Below are positions 39,601-51,190 of a stretch of 64,000 nucleotides of DNA, one piece after another. The position numbers and the translations under genes are program-made. Origin of the DNA: Saccostrea echinata (taxonomy: Eukaryota); NCBI RefSeq assembly GCF_033153115.1, contig NW_026889753.1, positions 7,936,001-8,000,000 of the forward strand. Direction: 5' to 3'. The notes beneath the pieces are model-generated. The model saw only the letters and a program-made list of their open reading frames with translations. It ran no database searches and was not told the origin of the DNA. How positions within the stretch are numbered: position 1 is the first letter of the stretch; each line of letters starts with the position of its first letter.

Positions 39601-42600
39601 AATCGGTTCCCAAAAAATATCGTCCGGATGGTGAAGCGTCCGGATAAATGGCGTCCGGATAAACGCGGCGCCACTGTACATGTATTTACTGTGTATTTAT
39701 GATTAATATTTTCTTGCAAAAATCAGAAGTCGCAGATAGATTTTAAATTTGATGAATTGTGAATAAAAGTCATCACAAATAATAGTTGGTTTACAGTAAT
39801 CATAACACATAATCACCGTACCATAAAAATAATGTAAAAGTTTGCAAACATACATTTATGGTTTGAAGGATTTCACTACTGTATGAAAATAAAAGATTTT
39901 ATATTGGCTTAAATTTAAAATAAAAACATTTCATCTATAAATATGATAAAGACTTTATTTTTCTGCTTGCAGGAAGAAATAGAAAATCTTGCATTTCAGC
40001 TAGAGGATAAAGAAACAAAATCTGATGAAATGGCAGAGCTTATTAAGGAGAAAGAGAACATGATAACAGACTTAGATGTACAACTGGTCGGGGCAAAGAT
40101 TGCGATGGAGCACCTGCGAGAGCAAGCAGAGGTTAAGGAGAAGGAAGTGGAAATGCTGAAGGCAGAAATCCAGGAAGAAGTGGAATCATTAAGAAGGCAG
40201 TTACAGGAAGAAGAAGAGCTTCACCAGAGAACAGCCAGAGGCCATGCTGATCAAATTATTGATTTGGAAAAAAGAGAGCTAAGTTTGGTTGAAGAAAACG
40301 AGAAACGTGGAAAGGAAGTTGAAAAATTCACAGAAAGATGCACAGAGTTGGAAAATATGATAGAAAATCTGAATGCTGAAATTTCAAATCTCACAAAGCA
40401 GTCAGAGAATGAATTAAAACGCTTGTCTGATACTAAAGAAAATGAGCTAAAGACACTAGAAGCAAATTTACAGAAAGTAAGAGAAGAAAATGAAAAACTT
40501 GAACGAACCATCACCGAGAAAGAGGACAGTTTGTTGAACTATCAAGCCACAATATCAAGTCTAGAAGAAAAAATGGCAATTCTTAGAGCTGATGCTGAAT
40601 CTTTGGAGAGGGAATATGAGGAATTAAAACAGAGTCACGGAAACACCGTTGAATCTATCATGAAGAAGGCAGAAGACAGAAAGGAGGAAAATGTTAAACT
40701 GAAAGAAGATTTAGAGTGTATCATCAAAGAGAAACATGAATTATTCTGTAAAGTGGCTGAATTACAAGTGAGCTTCACAGAGGCAGACTCTTCTATAGCA
40801 GAGAAACAAAAACTGATAGAAACTTTGTCAGAAAAGAATGGCAATCTGGAAGAACAAGTGAGAACCATGTCTGAAGAGAAAGAGACATTAGACATCATTG
40901 TTACAGAGCTGAATGTGAAACTGAAAGAAGCAGCAGAGGATATTGTGAGAGAAAAGAGTTTACTATTAGTGACAGAATCCACATTGAAGGCTCAGCTTGA
41001 ACAGCTACAGCAGGAAGTGGAGAAAAACAAAGATGAATGTGTTAAGAAAGAGAAAGATGTCACAAGTCTGTTAGTGGAAAACAGTCAGCTTATGAAGGAG
41101 ATTGACTACCTAAACGCTGTAAAAGAACAAGACCTTGACCAGATGTCTGAACAACTGGTTGGTTTTGAGGAAAGAGTGAAACAATTAATTGAGGAAAAAG
41201 CTAGTCTGTACCAAAAAGCAGCAGACATTGCAACAGAAAAAGAAAAACTGGAAGTGGAGAACCTGAGGTTGAAGAACCAGGCAGAGGAAGCTGTTGATGA
41301 TTTGGAGAAAGAGAAGTTAACGTTAACGGAGAAAGAGGAGTCCATGTCAGCACGTCTGAATAAGCTTCAGGAACAAAAGCTCTCTGATGAACAAGTGATC
41401 ACAACATTGCGTAGAGAGTTGAAGGAGGCAGTGGAGAAAATGAAAGATCAAGAGACCATCTGTGAACAGTTAACTAAAGAGTCCATATCTGTACTTACTG
41501 CTAAAAAAAGTCAAATTCAGGCACTGGAGTTAAAACTAAATGCTGTTACTGAGGAGAATTCATGCTTGACTGATCAAATGGGTCAAGCAGAACAAGTTAA
41601 ATGTAAACTGAAAGCAGAAGTGGAAGATCTGAAAGTAAAGATCACAAATATAACAAAATCCCATGATGCTGAAGTACAAAAACATTTAGACAATATTCAA
41701 GAACTTCAGAAATCACTTTACATATCCACAAATTCCAACCAGAAGGAACTTAATCAGCTACAGAGTGAGTTGTCCAATGTTGTAAAGAAGAAGATGGAGG
41801 ACAATAAACTGTTCACAGAGAAGATCAGCAAAGCTAAGTCTGAGTTACAGAGTGAGAGGCAGATAAGACAGACATTAGAGGAGGATTTTAACCTTCTGAA
41901 GAGCAAGTGTAGGGACCAGGAGACTGCTAATCTGGCTCTTACCAAGAGTGTAGACAAGTAAGTTCTGATTGCTCTCATTGCATTGGCTCCAACATATAAA
42001 TGTTAAGTAAAACTAAACAGTGCAAAGCTTTAGTTATTGAGAATTGAGTCTGTTAGACATACCTAAACTTTCAGGAAATTACAGATGAACTCAGTTTGAT
42101 AATTGATTTGACTGTAAAGTACTGGCATGTACAAATGTACATGTATTCTCTACATTATCTGTGTAGACTGGAGGAAGAACGAGATCTTTTGAAGTCACAG
42201 AACCAGGATCTTGGTGAACAGATTTTCCAGAAAGAGGACAAAGAGCAAGAATTGTTGACTGAAATCCAAAAACTACAGAGGTAAGAGCAGTGTTTGTATG
42301 TTACATGTACCAGTACATATGATAAATCTATTAAGGGGCCAATTATTGCCTAAATGGTGAGTCATCCATTTTTTATGTGCCATTGATTGGTAACACTGGG
42401 CATACCATTGTTTCCAAGTCACTGTTGTATGGACTGTGTGATGTAATGTTTTCTATCCAGCATCAACAATGAAATACAAAGTAGGAAATATTTGCTGATA
42501 ATAAAATTAACAATGACCAGATTGACCTTTAAAAAAAAGAAACATATATGGCTTATATATGTTATTAGAGTTTTGTAGCATAACTACTGTGGACACAACA

Positions 42601-45600
42601 GAGATTATTAACATACAGTTACATATAGCAAATTTATCACAGAATAAATACATGCCCCATCTTAGTCATGATAATTTGGTGTTTTTACAGTGCTTTGAAA
42701 GACATTGAAGTGGAGAGTTTGGAGGAGAAAGAGAAACACAGACATGAAATTGATGCCCTTAGAGAGTCCATTCATGCTCAGACTAACCAAGAAGAACTAG
42801 ATAATATGACTGCTGAAGCTGAAAAGTAATTGATTGATAATTATTTCTTAAACAGATAAAATTAAAAGATTTCTGATAGTCAAGTTTAAATAAGTGTATG
42901 ATATTTACATGTATAAACAGGGTATAGAAGATTAATGTATATGACACTTTCAGTGATTCATTTTGGTGTGCTTCCTGCGTAAATTACGCACAAATTTTGC
43001 TCAGGACGCATTATTTCAATAAATGTGCATCCCACTGGACGCAATAAATTTATAGAAGGACATGTACTATTTTAAATTATTTCGGTATAATCTGATTCAA
43101 AACTTGACCGATTGCATCATATCCACATGCTAAATGTTATGCATGAACGATTTTAACAGGTATAAGGTTGCCAACAACAGGTCAGATTTCACAACTGCAG
43201 TTAAAAGCAATTATCAGAAAATATTTGAAAGTTAGATGGCATAGTTTGATTATCACTGATTAAGTCTATACCGTGGAACGTTTCTGAAGCAAATACTATA
43301 CCTTTGTATTTAAGCTGTAACCTGTATCATTGTTTTTTTTCTTTTCGTTTTTTCATTACATGATAAGAAGTATAAAATTTAATCAGACATTTTTATTTCT
43401 GACTATTTGTCATTTCTTCTTAAACTTTTTTTTACTTCATTCTGCTTCTGTGCATTTTATAACTGATACAATGTGCGAGATCGTATGTACGATCTAAAAA
43501 TAGAACCAACGTGCACAGTGGACAATATATTATTTTTACGACACAAAATCATGTACTCTTACTTGGACAATTAATAGTAAAAGTATAAATCACTCACAGC
43601 TACAATAAAACATTTGCACTTTCGTGCAATACCCTTTTTTTCACCAGAATTTCCTCTGTAACATCTAATATACAGTACCCTTGGATTTGGACGCATTGAT
43701 TTTGGCACGGGACTCATTGTTGTCATTAAGAGGGGTCCTTTGGACCCATGATAACCATTTTCAAAATGAATCACTGCACTTTGTTAAAGGGTTATTGGCG
43801 GCTATATTTTCCAGATATTACTATAACCTATCTATATTTCATTTAAGATGGCAGAAACTATTTGAGGATCTTCAGACTAAAGTGGAACCTTTTATGGAGC
43901 AGTTGGATGCTTTTGAATTAGAAAAGCAAGCTCTTTTGGGTAGGTACTGACCTGTCAAACAGTTGTCAAGATCTGTAAGATTAATCATTCTTTGTTTACT
44001 CTGATGTTGTAAAAATCCTTAATTTATACATGTATTAGGAAAAATATACATTATATACACAAGTATTTAAGTACACAGGCTATAAGTTATGTCATACATA
44101 TACAAGTATTAAAGTTATATTGTACCATTATTCACTACGATTTTCTGGGTTAAACAAAATCTTGAAATCATCAAGCAATCAGCTAGCTTTTGTATGTTCA
44201 GTATTTAGCACAATAATGGTCTCTACCCACTTTTCCTATAGATCAGTATTTTGACCAGTATTTTAACATACATGTAATAGCAGAAGAAACTTTTCAGTAT
44301 GAATCTGATTAAGTTCAAACTTTGAATTCTCCCTACAAGAAGTTAATTGTGTTTTATTTTTATGAACAAATTGAAAAGTAAATAAAGGATCTGAAATAAA
44401 TTAGCCCCACCCCCTCCCCATGATATTTTTTTTTTTTTTGGTTTTGTTTTTTTTTTTTGGCAAAATGTGAAATTTGCCACATTTACAGAAGTAATTTGAC
44501 ATTTTAATATTTTTTATTTGTCATGCACAATGTTATAAATGTAGTGGTCAAAGGAAAAAAAACATCTCTTATTGCAGGCAGGAGTAATCATGCCCAGGCT
44601 GAAATGGACAAATTATCAAGTCAGTATGCCAAACTTCTAGGACATCAAAATCAGAAACAGAAAATCCACCATGTGACCAAAATCAAGGAGGAAAATAACA
44701 GCCTGAAAAGGGTAAGCTGACGTCTCATTAATAAAATGCTTCCCAAATATGTTTTTGAAAGAGTCTTTGTATTGTAATGATGAACTTCCCAACTGCAGAA
44801 CGTAAATTAATAAAGATGCTCAATTTTGGCCATGTTGGTATTTTGCCCTTAGGAGATGACTATGCTTAAAGAGCAGATAACCAAGCAAAAGAGAACCATC
44901 CAGAAACTTGAAGAAAAGGCTGGCACAACTGATGGCAAGAAAAAGTTTGACCCCAGTACGGCCTTCAAACACAGTAAAGAAAATCTGGCACCTGCATCAT
45001 CACCACTCAAAGATGGTAAGTTCTAGTTAAACTCTGTTTCAGGTTGTTGTGTTATGTGTAAATGTCACCTGATTTTGGTGTTATTTATTGTTGATTCTGC
45101 TATTATCTGTAGCATGATTCTATGCTAAAATTATAAAGTTGACTCACAGGATTTGATAAAAATTCTTTCTAATTCTTAAAGACACATCATGCTGTATGTT
45201 CATAAACTTCTCCATATCATATGCAGATTTTTTACTGACTTTGCTACTTGATTGATATTTTTATAGTGTGCCTTTGGAGTTATTTTTATAGTTAAACTTA
45301 TGATAAGGAACTCAGATATAACGACATCTCGGTTATTAGGAAGTTATATCTTTTCCCCATTCCTCATTTCATAACACTTTCTTATATTGATATATAAAGA
45401 AATTTGCTAATATTAAGGATTCCGAACTAAAATTCCATGTCCACAGGACTTCCTTATCAGCAAGTTTTGCTGTATATTTGATTTAATGTTTTTGTCTTGA
45501 CATGTTTTACAATTATTTCAGACAACTCATGCAGCATTCAACAGCATGTTGAATCTTCAGAGACTATTTCTGTGCCCTTCAGAAAACACAAATATTGTCA

Positions 45601-46367
45601 CTCTTGTGGCAAACGTAAATTATCAAAGGGTAAAACTAAACTGTTCAACAGCATGGTTCTTTTTGAGTCTCCTGATATCTCTACTTCTCATTTGTCATAT
45701 TTGAGACACCTTTTTCTGAATCTAAGATGCAGACCAAAACAAAGGAAGTCTGTAAAATACCTGCTTTTCTTGATTTGCTTGATGGATGATGCCACTAAGT
45801 AGTGAATCACAATTTGCCTTCAAGATGCATTTTATTTCTCCTTTTCAGAGAAATCTGTGTAATGACTATCATCTGGTTTTGAACTTTGTCTATACCCCAG
45901 TTATATTCCTTTTCAAAACTCTGTTTTGAGCATGGGACTTGTATTTCCTTACAGTTTTCTCTCGATTGCATGTCTTCCTTGGTTTTATTTGGGAATAAAT
46001 GGATGAATTTGAAATATTAGAGATTATAAGAGTAGAAAGTATACCGGGTATTTGAAATGAATTTTTCTCAAAGCTACTTAATTTATGTTATAAAAACTGA
46101 GTTACTACATGTACAAGTTTAGAGAGCATATATTCTTGTATCATGAAAGACAGATATGTTGTCAGCATTATATTACAACAAAGTTATGTAGATGTAGCTA
46201 ACAAATAAATTATTGTTTTAACTTTACTGTAAACATGCCAGAAACTTTCATTAATATGTCATTGTAGATTCAAGTCTTTTAATTCAGTTTCTTTTTGCAT
46301 CACAGATATTTAATAGTAAAATTCATCTAAATGAGTTTCTTTTGCATTTTCAGGCAACAGGAAATAA
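26012..46367 (+). CDS. HMMR: Hyaluronan-mediated motility receptor / RHAMM homolog (spindle coiled-coil protein), ~1353 aa, 19 coding exons
   Basis: Exons: 26012-26057, 28203-28298, 28806-28882, 29202-29291, 31565-31753, 32156-32357, 32603-32724, 35786-35964, 37112-37198, 37358-37474, 37794-37864, 38093-38241, 39973-41957, 42167-42280, 42691-42825, 43848-43939, 44578-44711, 44853-45015, 46354-46367 (4062 nt, phase-consistent). N-terminus [25 protein letters not shown]; IRILLQER; C-terminal [24 protein letters not shown] and [26 protein letters not shown]. The central exons rest on splice signals and frame only. Confidence 0.9.
28902..29118. mobile_element. Harbinger-type MITE with CAG TSD in HMMR intron 3
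   Basis: ~42-bp near-perfect TIR GCCCCAAGACCATAAACTCAGAACAGACTTAAGTCAAAATTT; CAG on both flanks. A solo end of this family lies at 18237-18264. Confidence 0.88.
29526..30660 (+). mobile_element. HINE-like non-autonomous Helentron carrying ~6 tandem ~165-bp satellite units
   Basis: 5' TTTTTAGCTCACCTGAACTAAAAGCTCAAGTGA. Unit marker CATGAC at 29713, 29877, 30041, 30228 and 30374. 3' CAGGTGAGC..GGCTCATGGGCCTCTT followed by a T-run. Confidence 0.88.
31297..31503. mobile_element. Decayed TA-flanked MITE (CTGTA...TACAG ends)
   Basis: TA|CTGTAAAT...AGTCTACAG|TA; short, imperfect TIR. Confidence 0.5.
33053..33519. mobile_element. Non-autonomous DNA transposon with 5-bp TSD
   Basis: TIR CAGACTTGTCGAAAT / ATTTCGACAAGTCTG; TSD AAGCT on both sides. 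Confidence 0.88.
34824..34951. repeat. Near-perfect 128-bp palindrome
   Basis: 55-bp arms (34824-34878, 34896-34951) with ~3 differences; GC-rich apex TCAGGGCTCCGCCCCTC. Confidence 0.9.
35045..35463 (+). mobile_element. PIF/Harbinger-type MITE (TAGGTAGG family), copy 2
   Basis: TIR GGCCAAAAAAA..CTTGTTTCCTGCTACC mirrored at the right end; TAA TSD. Confidence 0.85.
36081..36603. mobile_element. Harbinger-type MITE with internal AATTCG(A/C)ATTA arrays
   Basis: TIR TGCCCTGTTCACACGGAGAGTTTAATTCG mirrored at the right end; TAA TSD. Confidence 0.92.
38269..39796. mobile_element. Outer TA-flanked MITE (CTGTAA..CCAACT ends) split by a younger insertion
   Basis: TA|CTGTAACCAACT ... AGTTGGTTTACAG|TA. 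Confidence 0.7.
38369..39676. mobile_element. Tc1/mariner(pogo)-type non-autonomous element, 1.3 kb
   Basis: TIR CAGTGGCACCTCGTTTATCCGGACGCC / GGCGTCCGGATAAACGCGGCGCCACTG, TA TSD, repeated TCCGGATA subterminal motifs, no transposase ORF. Confidence 0.92.
42951..43776. mobile_element. Non-autonomous DNA transposon with 6-bp TSD
   Basis: TIR CAGTGATTCATTTTG / CAAAATGAATCACTG; TSD CACTTT on both sides. Confidence 0.88.
45522..45802 (+). CDS. Candidate alternative last coding exon of HMMR (~93 aa in frame)
   Basis: Acceptor attatttcag ends at 45521 and is phase-compatible with the donor after 45015. The frame is open to TAG at 45800-45802, with AATAAA downstream near 45994 and 46204. No homology recognised. 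Confidence 0.3.
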
Positions 46368-46584
46368 GGATTCTGGCAGAGTTAGTACAAACAGACAGGA
46401 TAGGCAGCTTATAACTCAGGATATATTTTTAAAAATCCCATTTTTCTCATTTTTAATCATTTTTGCTAGCGAGTTGTATTAGATTTTAGTTAATTTTATA
46501 ATAGTCACTGCTAGGTTTACAGACAGTCACTCTGTAGTTTAGTGTTGCTGATTGTCAAATTTGAACACATATCAATTATGTATT

Positions 46585-46590
46585 CAATAA
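46585..46590 (+). promoter_or_regulatory. Candidate HMMR polyadenylation signal
   Basis: AATAAA ~220 nt after the stop codon at 46367, followed by T/GT-rich sequence. Confidence 0.45.
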
Positions 46591-47388
46591 ACTATAAAAA
46601 ATTGTTTTTGAGTTATTATAATTCTATGTGTACAAAGAGGGCATTTCGCTCAAGGTTAATGTTTAAGAGGTCTTTTTTAAAAGTGTAAACAGGGACAGAG
46701 ACTATTAAAATATTTGTATTCTATAGAGTCCAAAATACATGTACTTTTTCAAAAAAAAACTTCTCTATGTATGCTCTTCCAGGGGTGTGTATTAGACAAG
46801 ACCATAGGCTTTATTGGGTTTTTTTTCAGAATTTTTTCTCTAATCCCAAGGCCTTGAGAATGCACTTTAAGACCACACTATTGAATAACAAGGTTTACAA
46901 AGCATAAGTATGCAGTATTATTTCATTTTCAACAGTGAAATACTGTAATTTATTTATTGAAGTGATATTTTGTCACAATGTAAAAGAATATCAGAAGTGT
47001 GGCAAAATTATCGATTTTTCCTCTTCACTAAGAGTGTTGTTAAAAATACTCTCTGGCGTGTTATAAGATAGAGAGAATAATAACCACACAAAGTTTCTCC
47101 AAAAATTTTGAAATCTATGTTTACAATATTTTCAATCTCGCAGTAGCTTAGCTATGACGTCACAGGCTATGACAAATGACAGAGGCAAAGGGAAAATCAA
47201 GGAAAATGTAGAAAATCAAGGAAAATGTAACAAACAGAAAATTAAGTGTCTTATAGTTGAAGATGGTATTTATTTCACTTACCAGATAGGATTTTTTTTC
47301 TGTGAAATAAATTCTTTATTCAACTACAAAACATTGAATATCTTCTATTTATTGATGACTGTTTGAATAATAGGATAATGACAGACTG

Positions 47389-47642
47389 CAGGCCCGTAGG
47401 AAGCAATTTCAGTGGGGGGGGGGGGGGGGGCACAGCCATACATTTTCAGTAGGGGCACTATCAACTACCAAAAATTCCTTGACAAACAAAAAAAAAAGGT
47501 CATCTGAAGTTTTTATTGAGGGGGCACAAGCATATAGTAGCTATGTTTTCTATAGTAATCTATATGTCGGCAAAATAATTCGGGGGGGGGGGGGGGGGGG
47601 GGGGGGGGCATGCCGCCCCCACCCCCCAGTTCCTAAGCCATC
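47389..47642 (+). mobile_element. Same 5-bp-TSD MITE, copy 3
   Basis: CAGGCCCGTAGGAAGCAATTTCAGT start; TSD GACTG on both sides. A partial copy ends at ~22743. Confidence 0.85.
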
Positions 47643-47795
47643 GACTGCATGAAATCTGAAAGTGTATTAAACTAGAGAAGTATGGTTTTGAAAAATTGTA
47701 AAGACTTTTAAATAAAAAAAAAATCCCTTTTTTCTTTTAATATATCCTTAATATTATCTTCCCTTTCTTATGGGGGACATCTTTATTTCTATATA

Positions 47796-48070
47796 CAGTA
47801 AAGGCCGTTTAGTGGGTATAGTTGATTTACAGATATTATTGCAAAGTTTATGGGAGGATCCCTAGCAAAATTTTCAACAAATCATTGTAAAATTTTACAG
47901 TTATAACGAACTTTGATATATAACAAAATTATAGATATAGTAAGTCATACAGGAAATATATGTTAGTGCTTTATATACTTTACTGAATTCATTATATAGA
48001 TATGACGAATTATGCATATGGCAAAGTCAATTCTCGGGTCCCAGGACTTTGCTATAACAAAGTTTTACTG
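47796..48070. mobile_element. Tc1/mariner-type MITE
   Basis: TA|CAGTAAAG ... GTTTTACTG|TA, with internal TATAAC(G/A)AA repeats. Confidence 0.65.
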
Positions 48071-48129
48071 TAAATGAAATCCTTTGGCTCAAGGAAACTG
48101 ATAATTTTGATAAAAATTGACCAAGTAGA

Positions 48130-49892
48130 AATATGGCCCACATTCCAAAATGTTTGGCACACCACACACAGGGCTATATAGCATTAGCCCCAGTGTCAGG
48201 GGCCCTGGAGTTAAGGCTGGACTCTACTGACAATATAGTGAAAATGCATAAATTCTTTAAATATCATCTCCCTCCCTCCCTCCCCCCCCCCCCCTTGTAT
48301 ATTTAGAAAGAAGATGGGTGAACAAGGCATGCAGAATGTCTATAGCTTCAGATATTAAAAAAATCATATTCAATTTGTGAATTAAGTATTTAAAGTAAAG
48401 TTCTCATGATTGAAATTTGTGAAATTATTATCAACAAAATTTTTCTGAGGAAAAAAGATCTCAGAAAAAATTTTATTGTTTTATTAAAAAAATAAAATGG
48501 TATTCGAACCTCTAACAATAAAAATCCGGAGTATCATATTGCTTTGAGACAGACTAACACGCTAACCACTATGCTACACAGCTCCTGATGAATAGTGGCA
48601 TTTAAATCATGTTTTTGATATGACCCTTCACTTAATGGACTTAAGTATTTCTCGGAAAGATGCAAACATTTTGTCATAAAAGTGTACTTTTAAGGTATAT
48701 TGGGTTATTGTACACCAAAAACGTATATTTTTATGCAAAGTTTTAGGATTAACTTTCAAAAAAATGGAGCAAAGACCCACTCATATCGAAAAATTTTGTT
48801 TAAGTATGAGAAAATGATCCTTTTTGTCCTCTTTAGTGTGTGTACGTATGTATTTCGTAGACAAATAATTTCAGTCTTTGTGAGATTTTTGTAAATTGTA
48901 GAGATTTTACAGAAAGTAAACTTTAATGTTAGAGGAAATATCAAAGACAATTTTGTTATAATTGAGATTTTATTTTTCACTTCATGTTTGTCACACTATA
49001 GGCACTTTGCCCGCCTTGTTCACCCATCTTCTTAACTAGGTGCATGATTATGATCAGCAAGGTTGCCTCTTCCAAAATTGAGAAATTTGTGGCCCGGGGT
49101 TCTGGTGTTAGAGTGGGCTCTATAGATCTAGTGAAAATGCAAAAATTCTTTAAAAATCTTCTTTTCTCCCCCTGTATATTTATCAGATAAAAACTAGGTG
49201 CCTGGTTATGATGAGCAAGGGTGTCTCTTTCAAAATTGTGAAACTTGTGGCCCCATAGTCAGGGGTTCTTGAGTAAGAGTGGGGCTCTAATGATCATATA
49301 GTGAAAATGCATAAATTCTTTAGAAGTCTTCTCTCCCCCTGTATATTTAGAAGATGAACCAGATGCATGGTTATGATGAGCAAGGGTGCCTCTTCCAAAT
49401 TGTGAAATTTGTGGCCTGAGGGTCAGGGGTTCTTGAGTTAGGACAGGGCTCTAATAATCATAATTTATTGAGAAACTGTATAAATTCTTTGAAAATCTTC
49501 TCTGCTTCTGGGTATTTCACAAACAATCAAACTAAGTGTATAGTTATGATAAGCAAATGTGCCTCTTCCAAAATTAAGGGAATAAGAGAGACCAGTGGAA
49601 AAGGGAATGTGATTGGTATTCTGATAATGCTGAAGCACTTTTATTTAGTCAGAATGTTGATAGGTGACAAATGGGGGCAAGTATAGACAAGTAAATAGAT
49701 CCGCTTTAACATTTGTTACTAAGTAGTAGACTAATTATTTTGTTGATCCCTGATCTTCTGATTTCTCTTGCTTTTGTGCACCATAGCTTTGATCATCTAT
49801 CAGTTAATTTTTGTTTTATTCTATACTTCTGTGAATCCTTTACAATGTTGTATTATACTCAGGTGACCGTTAAGGCCCCTGGGTATCTTGTT
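48130..49892 (+). mobile_element. HINE-like element with ~160-bp tandem units (second family), interrupted
   Basis: Units (TGCATGGTTATGATGAGCAAGG..CAAAATTGTGAAATTTGTGGCC..GGGGTTCTTGAGT) at ~49040, 49200, 49365 and 49530, plus a unit before 48310. 3' end TATTATACTCAGGTGACCGTTAAGGCCCCTGGG. The 5' boundary is uncertain. Confidence 0.75.
48310..49031. mobile_element. Kolobok-like non-autonomous element with internal tRNA-like A/B boxes
   Basis: Perfect 19-bp TIR GAAGATGGGTGAACAAGGC; right flank TTAA (left flank GAAA); inserted inside a satellite unit. The superfamily call is inferred. Confidence 0.75.
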
Positions 49893-49977
49893 TTCAATAC
49901 CATTTGAAATTTTGTAATAATTGTGAATTCCTATAACTTTGATTAATATCAATACAAACATTCTTAACATTATAGCT

Positions 49978-50645
49978 AACAAGAGGCCCATGGTCCACAA
50001 TGCTCACCTGAGTTACTAAATAACCCTTCTGTTCTTTATCTGTAGGTTTTCTCCTTAATATATATTCCTATGTAAAATTAAGATAACATATTGTGGCCCC
50101 ATTCTACTCCCAGGCATCATGATTTGAACAAACTTAAATCTACACTACCTGAGAATGCCTCCATATAAATATGACTAATCATAGCTTTGCTGTTCTTAAG
50201 AAGAAGTTTTTTAGAAAAAAATTCATATGTACTCCTTTGTTTAACTTTGATTGCCCATAGTGGCCCTGCCCTACCCAAAGGTCATGATTTGTACAAACTT
50301 GAATCTACACTAACTGAGGATGCTTCCATATAAATATGACTATAAATCATGACTTTGCTATTCCTGAAAAGAAGAATTTTAAAGGTTTTTCCTATGTATT
50401 CATATGTAAAACTTTGATTGCCCATAGTGGTCCCACCCTACCCCCAGGAGTAGTGATTTGAACAAATTTGAATCTACAATACCTCAGAAAGCTTTCGCAT
50501 AGGTTCCATTTTTTTTCTAGACCAGTTGTTCCTGAGAAGATTTTTAAATGACCCCACCGAATTCTCAGTAATTTTTAAAATTATCTCCCCTTGGAAGAAG
50601 ACGTCGCCCATCATTTGAACAAACTTGAATCCCTTGTACCCAAGC

Positions 50646-50676
<31 letters not shown>

Positions 50677-50768
50677 CCAATTATTCTGGAGATGATGATC
50701 AAAATTTGAAGTTTATGAGGACAGAAAAATTTTGCTCAGAAAATCTCATTTGAGCCTTCAGCTAAAAA
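49978..50768 (-). mobile_element. HINE-like element with ~165-bp satellite units (same family as 29526-30660)
   Basis: AACAAGAGGCCCATGG..GCTCACCTG at the left end, ~3 units, TTGAGCCTTCAGCTAAAAA at the right end. Confidence 0.85.
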
Positions 50769-51190
50769 TGACTGATATCCTATATTGAATATGAAATATA
50801 TTAACTCAATATTTTGACCTTTATACAATATAATTTTCTCAAAGTGCTAAAAAAAAATTTCATTATTGTATAGAGGGTCCATAATTTAAAACTTTTTAAT
50901 GATAACACACAATATTTAAATGGAAATATTTAATCAACAGAATAATTAGCAACTAAAGCATACATTTTGAATTCTTATGTGCATGAAAAATAAAATGACC
51001 AGATCTACAAAAATATGTCAATTTGTCAAACAAAATTTGAATTTACTACTTAGGGGAAATTCATCATTTGTGTAGTAAAGTTTTGCTAACCTTGTGTACA
51101 TGTTGTAAGATCTATACATTACCACTACAGAAATCTTGAATCAACAGAAAATTACAGCAACCATATTTAAGTACCGGTAATTGTATATTA

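Noticed and set aside
40251-41978. Ser/Phe-rich - strand ORFs
   Set aside because: Mirror translation of the E/K-rich HMMR exon.
46440-46590. CPE-like TTTTAAT/TTTTAT in the HMMR 3'UTR
   Set aside because: Too common at this AT content to call without conservation data.
47581-47608. Long G-runs as functional G-quadruplexes
   Set aside because: Most G/C runs are internal tracts of MITE families, and homopolymer lengths are error-prone.
48495-48580. tRNA gene
   Set aside because: A/B boxes only; no convincing acceptor or anticodon stems; lies inside a TIR element.
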